Assembly: GCA_023898385.1 (NCBI GenBank)
Contig: CP060220.1
Location: 2,655,683-2,719,682, forward strand
From: Pseudobdellovibrionaceae bacterium
GTDB lineage: Bacteria; Bdellovibrionota; Bdellovibrionia; Bdellovibrionales; UBA1609
Direction: 5' to 3'
DNA length: 64,000 nt
The notes beneath the pieces are model-generated. The model was not told the DNA's origin and searched no databases. It worked only from the letters and a program-made list of their open reading frames with translations. Of this stretch, positions 47,715 through 57,636 are shown piece after piece (position 1 is the stretch's first letter; every line of letters begins with the position of its first letter). Made by a program: the position numbers and the translations under genes.

Positions 47715-48713
47715 TTAGCCATTCGATGAATTGAGAAGGCCGTTATTTTTCATCCAATCCACACTTTGTTTGATTGCATAGGCTGCCGGCTTGGGGTTAA
47801 ATCCCAACTCGGCTTTAGCTTTACTGGCGTCAAACCAATGATACAGTGTGGAGGCCCAGGCATTTTCAGAGTTGATTGGCCCCTTTTTGTCCTTTTTTTC
47901 TAAATAGTCCCCATAGCGTCCTATGGCATGCACCAGCCAACCAGGTAGTTTAATTCGCGGCGGAGCCACCCCGGCTTCATGAGCTATGAGTCGAAAGACA
48001 TCTTTAATAAGTAGGTTTTCGCCAGCCAAGATGTACCGTTCACCACTTCTGCCGAGATCTATTGAAGCTACAATGGCGTCAACAACATCTTCAACAGAGA
48101 TGACGTTGACACCTCCAGGAGGATAAAATGGGAATTTCCCCTGAGCGACTTTGACTTGCACCTTGCGGCTGCCCTTTTTGGCATCTCCGGGTCCATAAAT
48201 TGTTGAGGGGTTTAGGGCCACAGCCTGAATTCGATTTTTTCTCGCGGCCTCAAGAACAATCTCTTCAGCCTTTCTTTTTGTTTCAAAATAACCAAGATCA
48301 AGATGGCTTAAGTTATAATCAGAATTTTCATCGAGGGGAGCCTTTCCATCAAAGCTTGCACCCACAGCCACAACTGAACTTAAGTAAACAAGTTTTTTGA
48401 CTCCATGTTTAGCACATGATTCCACAATATTATTTGTTCCCACTACATTTGCCAAAATCATGGCGGGCCTCATTGCGCGGGAGTAACCAACCAATCCTGC
48501 TAAATGGAAAACAAGATCTTGATTGGTCACAGCTTGGTCGACAGCTCCAGAATCAGATACGTCTCCAAGGGTGTGTTCAACCCGGAGGTTTTTTATTTCA
48601 TCAAGATCACTGCGCTCTCGACGTAAGACTCGAACTTCATGACCTTCGTCCAGAAGTCTGCGAGTCAGCCACGATCCAACAAAACCCGTCGCTCCAGTGA
48701 CTAACACTTTCAT
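47715..48713 (-). CDS. NAD-dependent epimerase/dehydratase family (extended SDR)
   Basis: MKVLVTGATGFVGSWL Rossmann motif. YxxxK-region context (YFETKRKAE). Confidence 0.8.
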   Translation of the reverse strand: MKVLVTGATGFVGSWLTRRLLDEGHEVRVLRRERSDLDEIKNLRVEHTLGDVSDSGAVDQAVTNQDLVFHLAGLVGYSRAMRPAMILANVVGTNNIVESCAKHGVKKLVYLSSVVAVGASFDGKAPLDENSDYNLSHLDLGYFETKRKAEEIVLEAARKNRIQAVALNPSTIYGPGDAKKGSRKVQVKVAQGKFPFYPPGGVNVISVEDVVDAIVASIDLGRSGERYILAGENLLIKDVFRLIAHEAGVAPPRIKLPGWLVHAIGRYGDYLEKKDKKGPINSENAWASTLYHWFDASKAKAELGFNPKPAAYAIKQSVDWMKNNGLLNSSNG

Positions 48714-48820
48714 GGTCTAATTCCTTGGTTATTTGCGAAATCACTTCACATCTGCAGTTCAGTTGATAACATTTATTAATAGAAGTCGGAACGAAATTCA
48801 TTCAGACCAAGAGGACCAAT

Positions 48821-49288
48821 ATGAGCACCAAAAAGATGCTACAAAACTTGTATCTATTCAAGGGGTTAGGCGAAGACCAGATGCAAAAGATTGATTCGAT
48901 CGCCAACCTTGAAACTTTTGTTCCTGGTGACGATATTTTTGGACAAGGTGATCCCGCCACGGCTCTATATATGATTCAATTTGGAAGTGTTCGAATTCTT
49001 CAAAAAACTGCAGGTGGTGACAGTATCGAAGTGGCCTCGCTAGGTACCGGGTCTCATTTTGGCGAAATGGCGTTTCTTGACGGTGAGCCGCGATCAGCTT
49101 CGGCCACGCCCATTGAAAAATCAGATATCGTGGTTTTAGACTATGCCAAGCTTGATGAAGTATTGAGCGACGACTTTTCTATTGCTGTTCATTTTTATAA
49201 ACAACTAGCCCACTTCTTGGCTGGTCGTTTAAGGATCACAACTAACGATTTGAGTTTTGCTAGAAGTCAAAACCTAAGTCACTTCTAG
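48821..49288 (+). CDS. Cyclic-nucleotide-binding domain protein
   Basis: cNMP-binding fold: LFKGLGEDQMQKI..FGQGDPATALYMIQFGSVRI..GSHFGEMAFLDGEPRSASA. Confidence 0.8.
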   Translation: MSTKKMLQNLYLFKGLGEDQMQKIDSIANLETFVPGDDIFGQGDPATALYMIQFGSVRILQKTAGGDSIEVASLGTGSHFGEMAFLDGEPRSASATPIEKSDIVVLDYAKLDEVLSDDFSIAVHFYKQLAHFLAGRLRITTNDLSFARSQNLSHF

Positions 49289-49302
49289 TCAACGGGTAGC
49301 CC

Positions 49303-50073
49303 ATGGATATTTCAAGCTTCCTTGGTATCGCAGTCGCCCTTTTCGGAATAGTGGTGGGTAATGCCATAGAGGGGGGTCACTTTGGTTCCCTTATTCAATT
49401 TACTGCGTTTATTATTGTATTTGGTGGCACTCTAGGTGCCACTATGTTGGCCAACAGGGCGAGTGACCTAAAGCTAGGTTTGAAGCTCCTTGGCTGGGGA
49501 TTTCGCGCTGATAACGATGAACTTCGCACAAGGGTGGCTGGTGAAATCGTTGATGTGGCAAACTTCGTTCGAAAAGAATCAATGCTGGCAGCCGAAGGGC
49601 GTGTGGGGAGCCTCACACATCCCTTCATGAGAAAAGTATTTAAACTGATGGTTGATGGGACAGAAGCGAATACCTTGCGTGATATTTTTGAAAAAGAAAT
49701 GGAAACAGAAGAAGATCAGTGGATAGCTGGTGCAAAAGTTTGGATGGATGCCGGTGGGTATGCGCCAACCATAGGTATTCTTGGAGCCGTTTTAGGGTTG
49801 ATTCATGTCATGGGTAATCTGACAAATACGTCAGAACTTGGTAAAGGAATTGCAGTTGCATTTGTAGCGACAATTTATGGGGTTGGATCTGCGAATTTAC
49901 TATTTTTACCCATTGCCAATAAAATACAAAGAAAAGCCAAGGCTGAAACTCGCACCAAAGAAATGATCTTAGAAGGAGCTATCTCCATAGTTTCCGGTAT
50001 GCACCCTCGCTTGATTCAAGAAAAAATGGATGGATTTCTTGAGACAGCAAGTCGATTGCCTTTGGTGAGATAA
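49303..50073 (+). CDS. motA: Flagellar motor stator protein MotA/PomA
   Basis: 256 aa with the MotA pattern, including the C-terminal ..YGVGSANLLFLPIANKI.. plug/channel region. Confidence 0.85.
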   Translation: MDISSFLGIAVALFGIVVGNAIEGGHFGSLIQFTAFIIVFGGTLGATMLANRASDLKLGLKLLGWGFRADNDELRTRVAGEIVDVANFVRKESMLAAEGRVGSLTHPFMRKVFKLMVDGTEANTLRDIFEKEMETEEDQWIAGAKVWMDAGGYAPTIGILGAVLGLIHVMGNLTNTSELGKGIAVAFVATIYGVGSANLLFLPIANKIQRKAKAETRTKEMILEGAISIVSGMHPRLIQEKMDGFLETASRLPLVR

Positions 50074-50077
50074 AAAA

Positions 50078-50827
50078 ATGGCACGTCGTCGAAAAAAAAC
50101 CGAAGACCACGAGAATCATGAGCGTTGGCTCGTATCATATGCCGATTTCATAACCTTGTTATTTGCGTTTTTCGTCGTGATGTATGCCATTTCTAGTCAC
50201 GACTTGAAAAAGGCCGAGAGTTTTGAGCAATCTATTCGTGAACATCTGACAAAGTTTGGTGGTGGCCAGGGCAAAGCCGGAGGGTTAAATCGTTCCACAA
50301 AAGAAAGTTCTCCAGTTGAGCCACCCATTCCCCAACATCAAACACCGGGTGATATGCAGAAGGTGCAATTCAAAGTGGAGACCTACCTTGAAGAAAATAT
50401 GTCGCCTGATGAGCTAGAGCGTGTCGTTAAGGACATTCGCTCAGACAACCTGGGTGTGCGCATATCCGTAGCAGCGGATGAAATTTTTCCTCAGGGCTCA
50501 TACCGATTCAAATCGGATGCTGTTTCTACTTTGAACAAAATTGGCCGTCTGCTACACGATGCCGGCAAAAAAGTCATTGTTGAGGGTCACACAGACCTTA
50601 TTGGTAAAAACAAAGATCTTATTCCAACGCCTTGGGAGTTATCGTCAATGCAGGCCACAACCGTTGCAAGATTTCTAATTAAGTTCCATGATATCAGTGG
50701 AAAAATGGTTTCTGCTGTGGCGTACGGCGATGAGCGGCCCCTTTTTCCGGATTCTGAAAATGAGGCCTATAGAGCTCGAAATCGGCGAATAGACTTTCTC
50801 GTGGTGACGGAGAGCTCACCACTCTAA
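50078..50827 (+). CDS. motB: Flagellar motor stator protein MotB (OmpA-like C-domain)
   Basis: HERWLVSYADFITLLFAFFVVMYA (conserved Asp in the TM helix). C-terminal OmpA-like ..GHTD..ELS..RA..V..NRRIDF. Confidence 0.85.
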   Translation: MARRRKKTEDHENHERWLVSYADFITLLFAFFVVMYAISSHDLKKAESFEQSIREHLTKFGGGQGKAGGLNRSTKESSPVEPPIPQHQTPGDMQKVQFKVETYLEENMSPDELERVVKDIRSDNLGVRISVAADEIFPQGSYRFKSDAVSTLNKIGRLLHDAGKKVIVEGHTDLIGKNKDLIPTPWELSSMQATTVARFLIKFHDISGKMVSAVAYGDERPLFPDSENEAYRARNRRIDFLVVTESSPL

Positions 50828-50834
50828 GTCATAT

Positions 50835-51584
50835 CTATTCGCGGATTATAGTGACTGATTTAATGACAACGTCTTCAGCGGGCTTGTCATTAATTCCTGT
50901 TTTCACAGAACCAATCTTTTTAACCACATCCATTCCCTCAACAATTTCGCCAAAAATGGAATAACCGGCTTTTGGCCTTTGTGCATCCAAGTGGGGGACG
51001 GCGCCTAAAGTAATAAAGAACTGGCTGCCATTCGTATTTGGTCCTCGATTGGCCATCGACAAAATGCCTTCTTTGTCATGCCGAAGGTTTGGGTGAAACT
51101 CGTCTTCAAAAGTATATCCCGGTCCGCCACGTCCTGTACCCATTGGGCATCCACCTTGGATCATAAAGCCATCAATAATTCGGTGGAACGTGAGGCCGTC
51201 ATAGAATCGACGCTTTGTTGGTTTGTTGGTTTCAGGATCAGTAAACTCTTTTGTTCCTTCAGCTAATCCGACAAAGTTATCAACGGTTTTTGGGGCGCGT
51301 TTAAAATGAAGGCGGGCTTTAAATTGGCCCATACTGGTATCAAACAATGCAAACATACGCTTGGTCCTTTGTGTTTTCTGAGTTTTTTGTACAATTTTTG
51401 GAGAAGTTTTCTTGCTAGAATCTGTTTCGCCGGCGGCTTCTGATTTGGTGGAGGGCTCTGCAACCACGGGCGAAGTCTCTGGTTGAGTGAGCTTGCCTTC
51501 TTGTGCTCTTGCAAAACTAAACATCAAAAAAGCACTTAAATAAATAATCAGGGCCAGTCCCCATGGGTTCTTGCGGGAAAACAT
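50835..51584 (-). CDS. Periplasmic cyclophilin-type peptidyl-prolyl isomerase
   Basis: Signal peptide, a low-complexity linker, then FHRIIDGFMIQGGCP..LSMANRGPNTNGSQFFIT. Confidence 0.9.
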   Translation of the reverse strand: MFSRKNPWGLALIIYLSAFLMFSFARAQEGKLTQPETSPVVAEPSTKSEAAGETDSSKKTSPKIVQKTQKTQRTKRMFALFDTSMGQFKARLHFKRAPKTVDNFVGLAEGTKEFTDPETNKPTKRRFYDGLTFHRIIDGFMIQGGCPMGTGRGGPGYTFEDEFHPNLRHDKEGILSMANRGPNTNGSQFFITLGAVPHLDAQRPKAGYSIFGEIVEGMDVVKKIGSVKTGINDKPAEDVVIKSVTIIRE

Positions 51585-51773
51585 AGTTTTATCTCCTTAG
51601 AAGTCGTGCTGAGATAGCAAAAGTATCGAGGTCTCCACCTGGGGTCAAGAAAGGGACGGAGGGGATCAAAAAAAGTGGTATGACAGTCTTGAGGGAGACC
51701 CAGCCATTATACCGCCTTGCATCGAATGATTGGCCAAAACGGCTGCAAAATCAGTGGGGTTCCTGAGCTGTGA

Positions 51774-54230
51774 TCAGCGCAGTGGAATCAGGATTTCTGC
51801 TGAGTGGACCAAGACGTCCCGCAGCTGATGAGAAATTTGATCCTGTGCGCCGTTAAGGTATTTGCATAAACGGATGTAACTCTCCGATGTCCAATTGATA
51901 CGGCTGCCACTGGCCTGGGAGAAAATTTGATAAAGCTGTTCAATCAACCGCAAATAAGAATAGTGCTCGGCCAACTGTCGACCCTGCTTCTCGTCAAGAC
52001 AATGACCCCCAACGAGAGCGTCAATCAGGGCGGTGACACTTCCCGATTTTAGTTTCTGCCCTGTTTTTAAGCAGGCAATCTGCACTGCAAACTCAATATC
52101 CACAATGCCGCCGGCTTCATATTTGAGATCAATGGAGTTTTCAGAGGAAGGTTTTAAGATTTTTTTTCTAATATCAGTAAGTTCCTCAAGTTCAGACTGA
52201 TCGAGCCCGCGCTCCACACATAGGGTTCGAAGAGCGTTGTCTCGGCCAGATCCATCGAGCCGGCGGGCTCGCAAGTACGACTGTCGTTCCCAGGCGGCCG
52301 CCTTCTCCTTGATGTACTCTTCGAGATCTTTTTCCGGAACAAGCAGTGGTCCAGCGCTTCCGGATGGGCGCAACCGTAGGTCAATGGGATAGAGTTGGCC
52401 GCCCCGGTGAGGGTCAGTTAGGCGAGATATAAAACGTCTGGCAACTTTATTGTCGTCGTCGTTGGGGGCAGTTGGAGTGACAAAAACAAAATCAAGATCT
52501 GATTTTAATCCTAGTTCTCGACTGCCCCATTTTCCCAAACACAATATATCAACGCGAGCATCGGGAAAGTCTTCCTTTAGGCGTCCCAACAACAGGGAGC
52601 AGATCTCATCAGCGGCGGCCGTCATTTGCATAGAAAAAGAATTCAAATCTTTAGATTTTAACAGCTGGTTGGCGGCGATAATTTCGGTCAGCTTTTTTCT
52701 ATCCGTTAATTCTTCAAGCAACTGTTCGAAATCAGAAGATAAAACATCCTGACGTCGGAGGATAAAACCATCTAAAATCTCGGGTCGAGAGGCCACCAGA
52801 TGACCCAGGTAGGGCGAAGTACTAAACAATACACATAAATCACTCATGAGTGCGCGTTCTCGTAGCAAGAGAGTAAAAAATGAAGCCTTGGCCCGAGTGT
52901 TTTTAATAAAATCAATGAGGAGCTTAAGCCCCAAATTCAAGTCGACCCCGACATTCGCCAACTCTCCTATAAAATGATATAGAAGTTGCCGACGGATCTT
53001 CTCATCTCGTTGGCCAGAAGTGGACTTTGCAGTGAGTTGAATAAGCTTTGGCCAATCATTTTCGACCACAGTTTGATCAAAGCCCAATGACTTAAGCCAT
53101 TGTTGTTGTGATTCGAGTGTAGTCGGTAGGGCCTCCCTGTCGATCTCGATTTTACCCAGTAACTCGCTCACCGTTGAGTCAACAAACTGCATTTTGTTGG
53201 CAACCTGTGTGGGAGTATTTTCTTCAATGATTTTGGGGTAGGGCACCTTAAGCGAGTGAGTTTGTCGGTCATTGATGCTCTGAATACCATTTTCAAGTTC
53301 ACGCAGGTCCCAGTAATACTTAAGAAGTTTCCGCAATGTGTCCTCTGGCATAAGCTGATTTTCAATCAAACGGGCCACAGCCAAATCTGTTGACTGTAGT
53401 CGAAGCGTGGCGATTTTACCTCCGTGAATCACTTGTAAGGCGTGAATGAACAGCTCAATATCGCGGATACCGCCGACTCCCAGTTTGAGATTGAGTTGTC
53501 CTTGATTCTTGTTCTGCTGGTAATCTTGAATAAACCCGCGCAGGTGCTTAAGGTCATCAAACAAGGTGTAGTCTAGAAACCGACGATAGCAAAAGTCATC
53601 GGCCATGCTGCGAACCTCATCAAGCAACGGCTGTGGTCCGCATAAGGGACGGAGTCGAACAAGGGCCAGTCTTTCCCAAGTCGCACCTTGAGTCCAATAG
53701 TAATCTTCAAACTGGGACCGGGAAGACACAAGCGGGCCTAATTTTCCTCCGGGCCGGAGGTCTGCATCCACGCGCAAACAGAAGCCATAATTGTTGGTGT
53801 GGCTTAGCGATTGAATAATTTTTTGAACCAATGCGAGATCTTCACCAGAGGCTGGTTTGGCGCTAACAAACATCAGATCCACGTCCGAGGATAAATTCAG
53901 CTCGCACGCCCCAAGCTTTCCAACGGCAAAAATCCCAAGGTTTGTATTCTCCAAGCCGCCATTCTTTGTCCAGACTTGGTTGATTAAAGTGTCTGCAGCA
54001 TGGCTCCAATATTGGCATACATCAGAAGCCGTTGCCGTTTTAAGTAAGGTGGCCATTGCGGCTCTCAGCCAATGATGATGCCGCTGCCATCTCAGTGAAT
54101 ACTCCCAACCCTCGTTGCACGGGTTATTCACGATGTTCAAATACCGATCTACGGCGGGGGAATACTGTCGAACCAGTAGGATCTGTTCCGCGGAGTATTC
54201 TTCAAGCGCTGGAATTTTCTCGCCAGACAT
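51774..54230 (-). CDS. glnE: Glutamine synthetase adenylyltransferase/adenylyl-removing enzyme (GlnE)
   Basis: Two nucleotidyltransferase modules (GKLGACELNLSSDVDLMFV and LGKWGSRELGLKSDLDFVFV). ATG 54230 preferred (TAATG junction with the tolB stop) over the track start at 54251. Confidence 0.85.
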   Translation of the reverse strand: MSGEKIPALEEYSAEQILLVRQYSPAVDRYLNIVNNPCNEGWEYSLRWQRHHHWLRAAMATLLKTATASDVCQYWSHAADTLINQVWTKNGGLENTNLGIFAVGKLGACELNLSSDVDLMFVSAKPASGEDLALVQKIIQSLSHTNNYGFCLRVDADLRPGGKLGPLVSSRSQFEDYYWTQGATWERLALVRLRPLCGPQPLLDEVRSMADDFCYRRFLDYTLFDDLKHLRGFIQDYQQNKNQGQLNLKLGVGGIRDIELFIHALQVIHGGKIATLRLQSTDLAVARLIENQLMPEDTLRKLLKYYWDLRELENGIQSINDRQTHSLKVPYPKIIEENTPTQVANKMQFVDSTVSELLGKIEIDREALPTTLESQQQWLKSLGFDQTVVENDWPKLIQLTAKSTSGQRDEKIRRQLLYHFIGELANVGVDLNLGLKLLIDFIKNTRAKASFFTLLLRERALMSDLCVLFSTSPYLGHLVASRPEILDGFILRRQDVLSSDFEQLLEELTDRKKLTEIIAANQLLKSKDLNSFSMQMTAAADEICSLLLGRLKEDFPDARVDILCLGKWGSRELGLKSDLDFVFVTPTAPNDDDNKVARRFISRLTDPHRGGQLYPIDLRLRPSGSAGPLLVPEKDLEEYIKEKAAAWERQSYLRARRLDGSGRDNALRTLCVERGLDQSELEELTDIRKKILKPSSENSIDLKYEAGGIVDIEFAVQIACLKTGQKLKSGSVTALIDALVGGHCLDEKQGRQLAEHYSYLRLIEQLYQIFSQASGSRINWTSESYIRLCKYLNGAQDQISHQLRDVLVHSAEILIPLR

Positions 54231-55615
54231 TACTGTAAAAACGGCGACCACTTCGGCCGAAAGTACTCATTTTTGTCAAATGTAATGCGACGTTCGTTTG
54301 TACCATCTACGTTCACGATATAGATCTGGTATTTTCCTGTGCGATCGCTTGAAAACATAATATGGCGTCCATCAGGAGAAAAACTGGGGTCTTCGTTGTT
54401 GGCCCAACTTCCATTTGTCCTTCTGGCAGAGGTGAGGCGAGACAAACCGGTACCATCTTTCTTCATTACAAAAATATCAAAATGCCCTTTGTCTTGTCCG
54501 GCGAATGCGATCATCTTGCCATCCGGCGACCAGGCGGGGCTTGAGTTGTAAACACCAGCGAACGTGAGACGCTTCATCGTCGAGCCATCCGTATTCATGG
54601 TATAAATCATAGGCCGACCGCTTCGGGTCGATGAAAAGGCAATGCTACTGTTGTCCGCTGAAATAGCAGGCTCCATATTTAGCGCATTGTAAGGGCCGAA
54701 AGTGATCTGGGTGTAATTCTCACCGTCACCGGTCAAACGAAAGATATCGGGATTGCCCTTAAAGGTCATTGTCAGAAGCAAGTTGTTACCATCAGGTAAA
54801 AACGCAGCACCTGTATTGTTTCCTTTGCGAGTCGAAACCAGCCATCTTTTGCCGGTGGGGAGCTCGTAAGTCAGTAGGTCCCAGTTGCGGGTTTGGTTTC
54901 GACCGCGTTGTAATAGTGCGCTATAGGCGATCTTTTTTCCATCAGGTGACCAAGCGGGCGATGTGGCAATGGTGCGGTGGTCGGTGATTTTCCGCTCATT
55001 TTGGCCGTCCCAATCCATTACGTAGATTTCTTTGAAATGGCTGCCATCATTTCGTCGCGAGACCACCATTTGCGTGGTAAACATCCCCGGCTTATTGGTG
55101 AGTTTCTCTACTAGATCATTAGCAAAACTATGCGCCATCTTTCTGGCGGCAAAGATAGGTCCCTCGTAAGTCTTGCCGAACACCAATTTGGCTTGGGGGA
55201 CGTAATAAACATAGATTTCGAGATTGAGCTTGTCTCCGATTACTTTGTATCCGCCTCGAATCAAAAACTCAGTGCCTATGGATTTCCAACTCTGAAAATC
55301 AAAACCGTTAGGCGCGCCCGGGGCAGGTCGCAAGCCGACTTTTGTGGTGTCTTCAAGATACGCATCTTGACTAATAAATGTGAAAAGCGATGAGACGCTC
55401 AAATCATTGCTAACCACATTGAACAAGGTCTGACCGGCACGAAGATGTTCGCTGTTTTTTTGACTGCCGTAGTACTGAAACGGCGGGAGTGCCACGAGGC
55501 TTTTTTTCACCTTGGCAGCGCCCACATCGATATAAATCTTATTTTGTGCAAGGCTCAAAGAGGATACAAAAACAAAAACCAATATGGCAGACACTTTAGA
55601 TATTAAATTGAACAT
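54230..55615 (-). CDS. tolB: Tol-Pal system beta-propeller protein TolB
   Basis: Signal peptide, a TolB N-domain, and repeated WD-like blades (SPAWSPDGKKIAYS, SPAWSPDGKMIAFA, PSFSPDGRHIMFSS). Confidence 0.9.
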   Translation of the reverse strand: MFNLISKVSAILVFVFVSSLSLAQNKIYIDVGAAKVKKSLVALPPFQYYGSQKNSEHLRAGQTLFNVVSNDLSVSSLFTFISQDAYLEDTTKVGLRPAPGAPNGFDFQSWKSIGTEFLIRGGYKVIGDKLNLEIYVYYVPQAKLVFGKTYEGPIFAARKMAHSFANDLVEKLTNKPGMFTTQMVVSRRNDGSHFKEIYVMDWDGQNERKITDHRTIATSPAWSPDGKKIAYSALLQRGRNQTRNWDLLTYELPTGKRWLVSTRKGNNTGAAFLPDGNNLLLTMTFKGNPDIFRLTGDGENYTQITFGPYNALNMEPAISADNSSIAFSSTRSGRPMIYTMNTDGSTMKRLTFAGVYNSSPAWSPDGKMIAFAGQDKGHFDIFVMKKDGTGLSRLTSARRTNGSWANNEDPSFSPDGRHIMFSSDRTGKYQIYIVNVDGTNERRITFDKNEYFRPKWSPFLQ

Positions 55616-55630
55616 TAGGCTCTCCCTTTT

Positions 55631-56368
55631 TTATTCTGGAAAGTTTAAAACAAGCGCACCTTGTTGTAGGGCACCACGTAGTCGATCAGGCGGTGCCGGA
55701 AAAGGGGAGCTGGCTTCAATTGTACTTAAAACGATCTCATCAAATACTGAATTTCCTGACGAGATCAAAATTTGTTTGCCGGTGACATACCCTCGCTCAT
55801 CCAAACTCACAGTGGCCTGGGCCTTTAGATCTGCATCGGCAAGCCATTGCGGGAGGTCCCAGTTTTCGCGGATTCGCACTTTTATCTGAGAATAGTAGTC
55901 ATCAAACTGAATGCGAGTTAATCCGGTGAAGCTGTCGCCACTTGAAATAATATTACCGGCATAGGTCGGTGGGGGAGGCGAATTTTTAGGTTTCGATTCG
56001 AGGCTTTTGGCGATGTCATCAATGGCAGACTCGGTTTTCAGCTTTTTGATCGCCTCTTCGAGAGTTGATTGTTTAGATTTTTTATTATCAATTTTTTTCT
56101 TTGGTTTCGGGGTGTCTTTTGCTACGGGCTTAGCGAGGGGCTTTGGTTGGGGCTTGGCATTCACTTCTGGCTTCACATCGGGAGCCATTTTTTCAGGGAG
56201 TGCCACCATGTCCACACGAATAGCGTTTTGAATGATTAGATCTTTACTTGGAAACCAAAGTGTCTTTACCGTAAAAACTACAAAAAGCGCGAGGTGAAAA
56301 CCGACGGACAGGACTATGAACTGCTGAAAGCGATCATCGAATGGAGAGTGTTGGCTGACAGCACTCAA
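55631..56368 (-). CDS. tolA: TolA/TonB-like energy transducer
   Basis: N-terminal TM helix, a Lys/Pro-rich linker, and a TonB_C-like C-terminus. Position between tolR and tolB. Confidence 0.7.
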   Translation of the reverse strand: MSAVSQHSPFDDRFQQFIVLSVGFHLALFVVFTVKTLWFPSKDLIIQNAIRVDMVALPEKMAPDVKPEVNAKPQPKPLAKPVAKDTPKPKKKIDNKKSKQSTLEEAIKKLKTESAIDDIAKSLESKPKNSPPPPTYAGNIISSGDSFTGLTRIQFDDYYSQIKVRIRENWDLPQWLADADLKAQATVSLDERGYVTGKQILISSGNSVFDEIVLSTIEASSPFPAPPDRLRGALQQGALVLNFPE

Positions 56369-56790
56369 AGTGACGACCCCTTCGGGAGCGTAACAAGTCC
56401 AATTTGTGAAATTCCAGCCGATTTGATTTCGCCCATGGCTTGGGCGACTATGCCGTAGCTGACACTTTTGTCGGCCTGGATGAATATTTCTTTGTTTTTT
56501 CTTGTCGCAAAAATGGCCTTCAACTTACTCGAGAGTTGAGGCATATCAATCTGGTTTTTCCCCACAAAGATTCGGCCATTTTTTTTAATTTCTAAAATAA
56601 AAGGCTCATCACTTGGCGATGTTCCTGTGGCCGCTGTTTCGGGGAGATCTACATCGATCCCCTGTTGCATCATGGGGGCAGTGACCATAAAAATAACAAG
56701 TAGAACTAACATCACATCAACAAATGGCGTGACGTTGATTTCACTCATTACCACTCGACTGCTTTTATTTGATGGTTGTGCCATGCCCAT
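56365..56790 (-). CDS. tolR: ExbD/TolR family protein
   Basis: EINVTPFVDVMLVLLVIFMVT is the canonical ExbD/TolR N-terminus. Confidence 0.85.
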   Translation of the reverse strand: MGMAQPSNKSSRVVMSEINVTPFVDVMLVLLVIFMVTAPMMQQGIDVDLPETAATGTSPSDEPFILEIKKNGRIFVGKNQIDMPQLSSKLKAIFATRKNKEIFIQADKSVSYGIVAQAMGEIKSAGISQIGLVTLPKGSSL

Positions 56791-56823
56791 AGTGTAACTC
56801 TCCGCTCGGTTTTGCAGACTGGA

Positions 56824-57573
56824 CTAGCGGTCTTTAAAGAAATTTCGCTTTGCCACGTTTAGAAAATCTGCGGCAAAATTATTTAGGTCCATTTCTTGTT
56901 TACGCAATTTACTGATGTAGTGATTGTATCCCACAGTGGCCGGAATCGCCGCAGCCAAGCCCACGGCTGTAGCGATAAGGGCTTCAGAAATCCCAGGTGC
57001 CACGACGGCAAGGCTTGCCATTTTCGTTGCACCAATTTTTTGAAAGGCCCCCATAATTCCCCAAACAGTGCCAAACAATCCAATAAAGGGCCCCGTGCTA
57101 CCGGTGGTGGCTAAGATAGAAAGGCGAGACTCAAAGTTGGCAATCTCAAGGTCAATGGCTTTTCGCAAGGCCCGGTCCAAGTTGTCTATTCCAGAAAGCA
57201 AAGGAGCAGAAGACTCATCTCCATCGTCTTTTGATCGAGCCAATTTAGATCCGGCCATCTTTTGCAGTTCTTGATAGCCGGTTTTAAATACACTGGCCGC
57301 CGGACTCTGGGCATGATCCCCTACGGAACGATTGATGTCATCCAGAGAGGGCGCGCGCCAAAAAACATCAAAGAACGGTTCATTGGCATCTTCGGCGGCA
57401 TCAAACTGCTTTTTCTTTAAAAAGATAATGGCCCAGCAGACCACTGACATGGTCACGAGGGTAATCAGCGTTAGCTGAACAATGGGGCTGGCAGACATAA
57501 TAGCATGCCAAGCAGTTACGTTTACGGAAAGTGAAGCTTCATTTACGGTGTCGGCCCAGGCGTAGTTCATCAT
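56824..57573 (-). CDS. tolQ: MotA/TolQ/ExbB proton-channel protein
   Basis: ..ATTGSTGPFIGLFGTVWGIMGAF..VAPGISEALIATAVGL.. is the canonical pattern. Confidence 0.85.
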   Translation of the reverse strand: MMNYAWADTVNEASLSVNVTAWHAIMSASPIVQLTLITLVTMSVVCWAIIFLKKKQFDAAEDANEPFFDVFWRAPSLDDINRSVGDHAQSPAASVFKTGYQELQKMAGSKLARSKDDGDESSAPLLSGIDNLDRALRKAIDLEIANFESRLSILATTGSTGPFIGLFGTVWGIMGAFQKIGATKMASLAVVAPGISEALIATAVGLAAAIPATVGYNHYISKLRKQEMDLNNFAADFLNVAKRNFFKDR

Positions 57574-57636
57574 AGATTAAAAGGCTAATGCCAATTAAAG
57601 GATTATTCAATCCCTGTGGTTAATTGATGAATCTCA

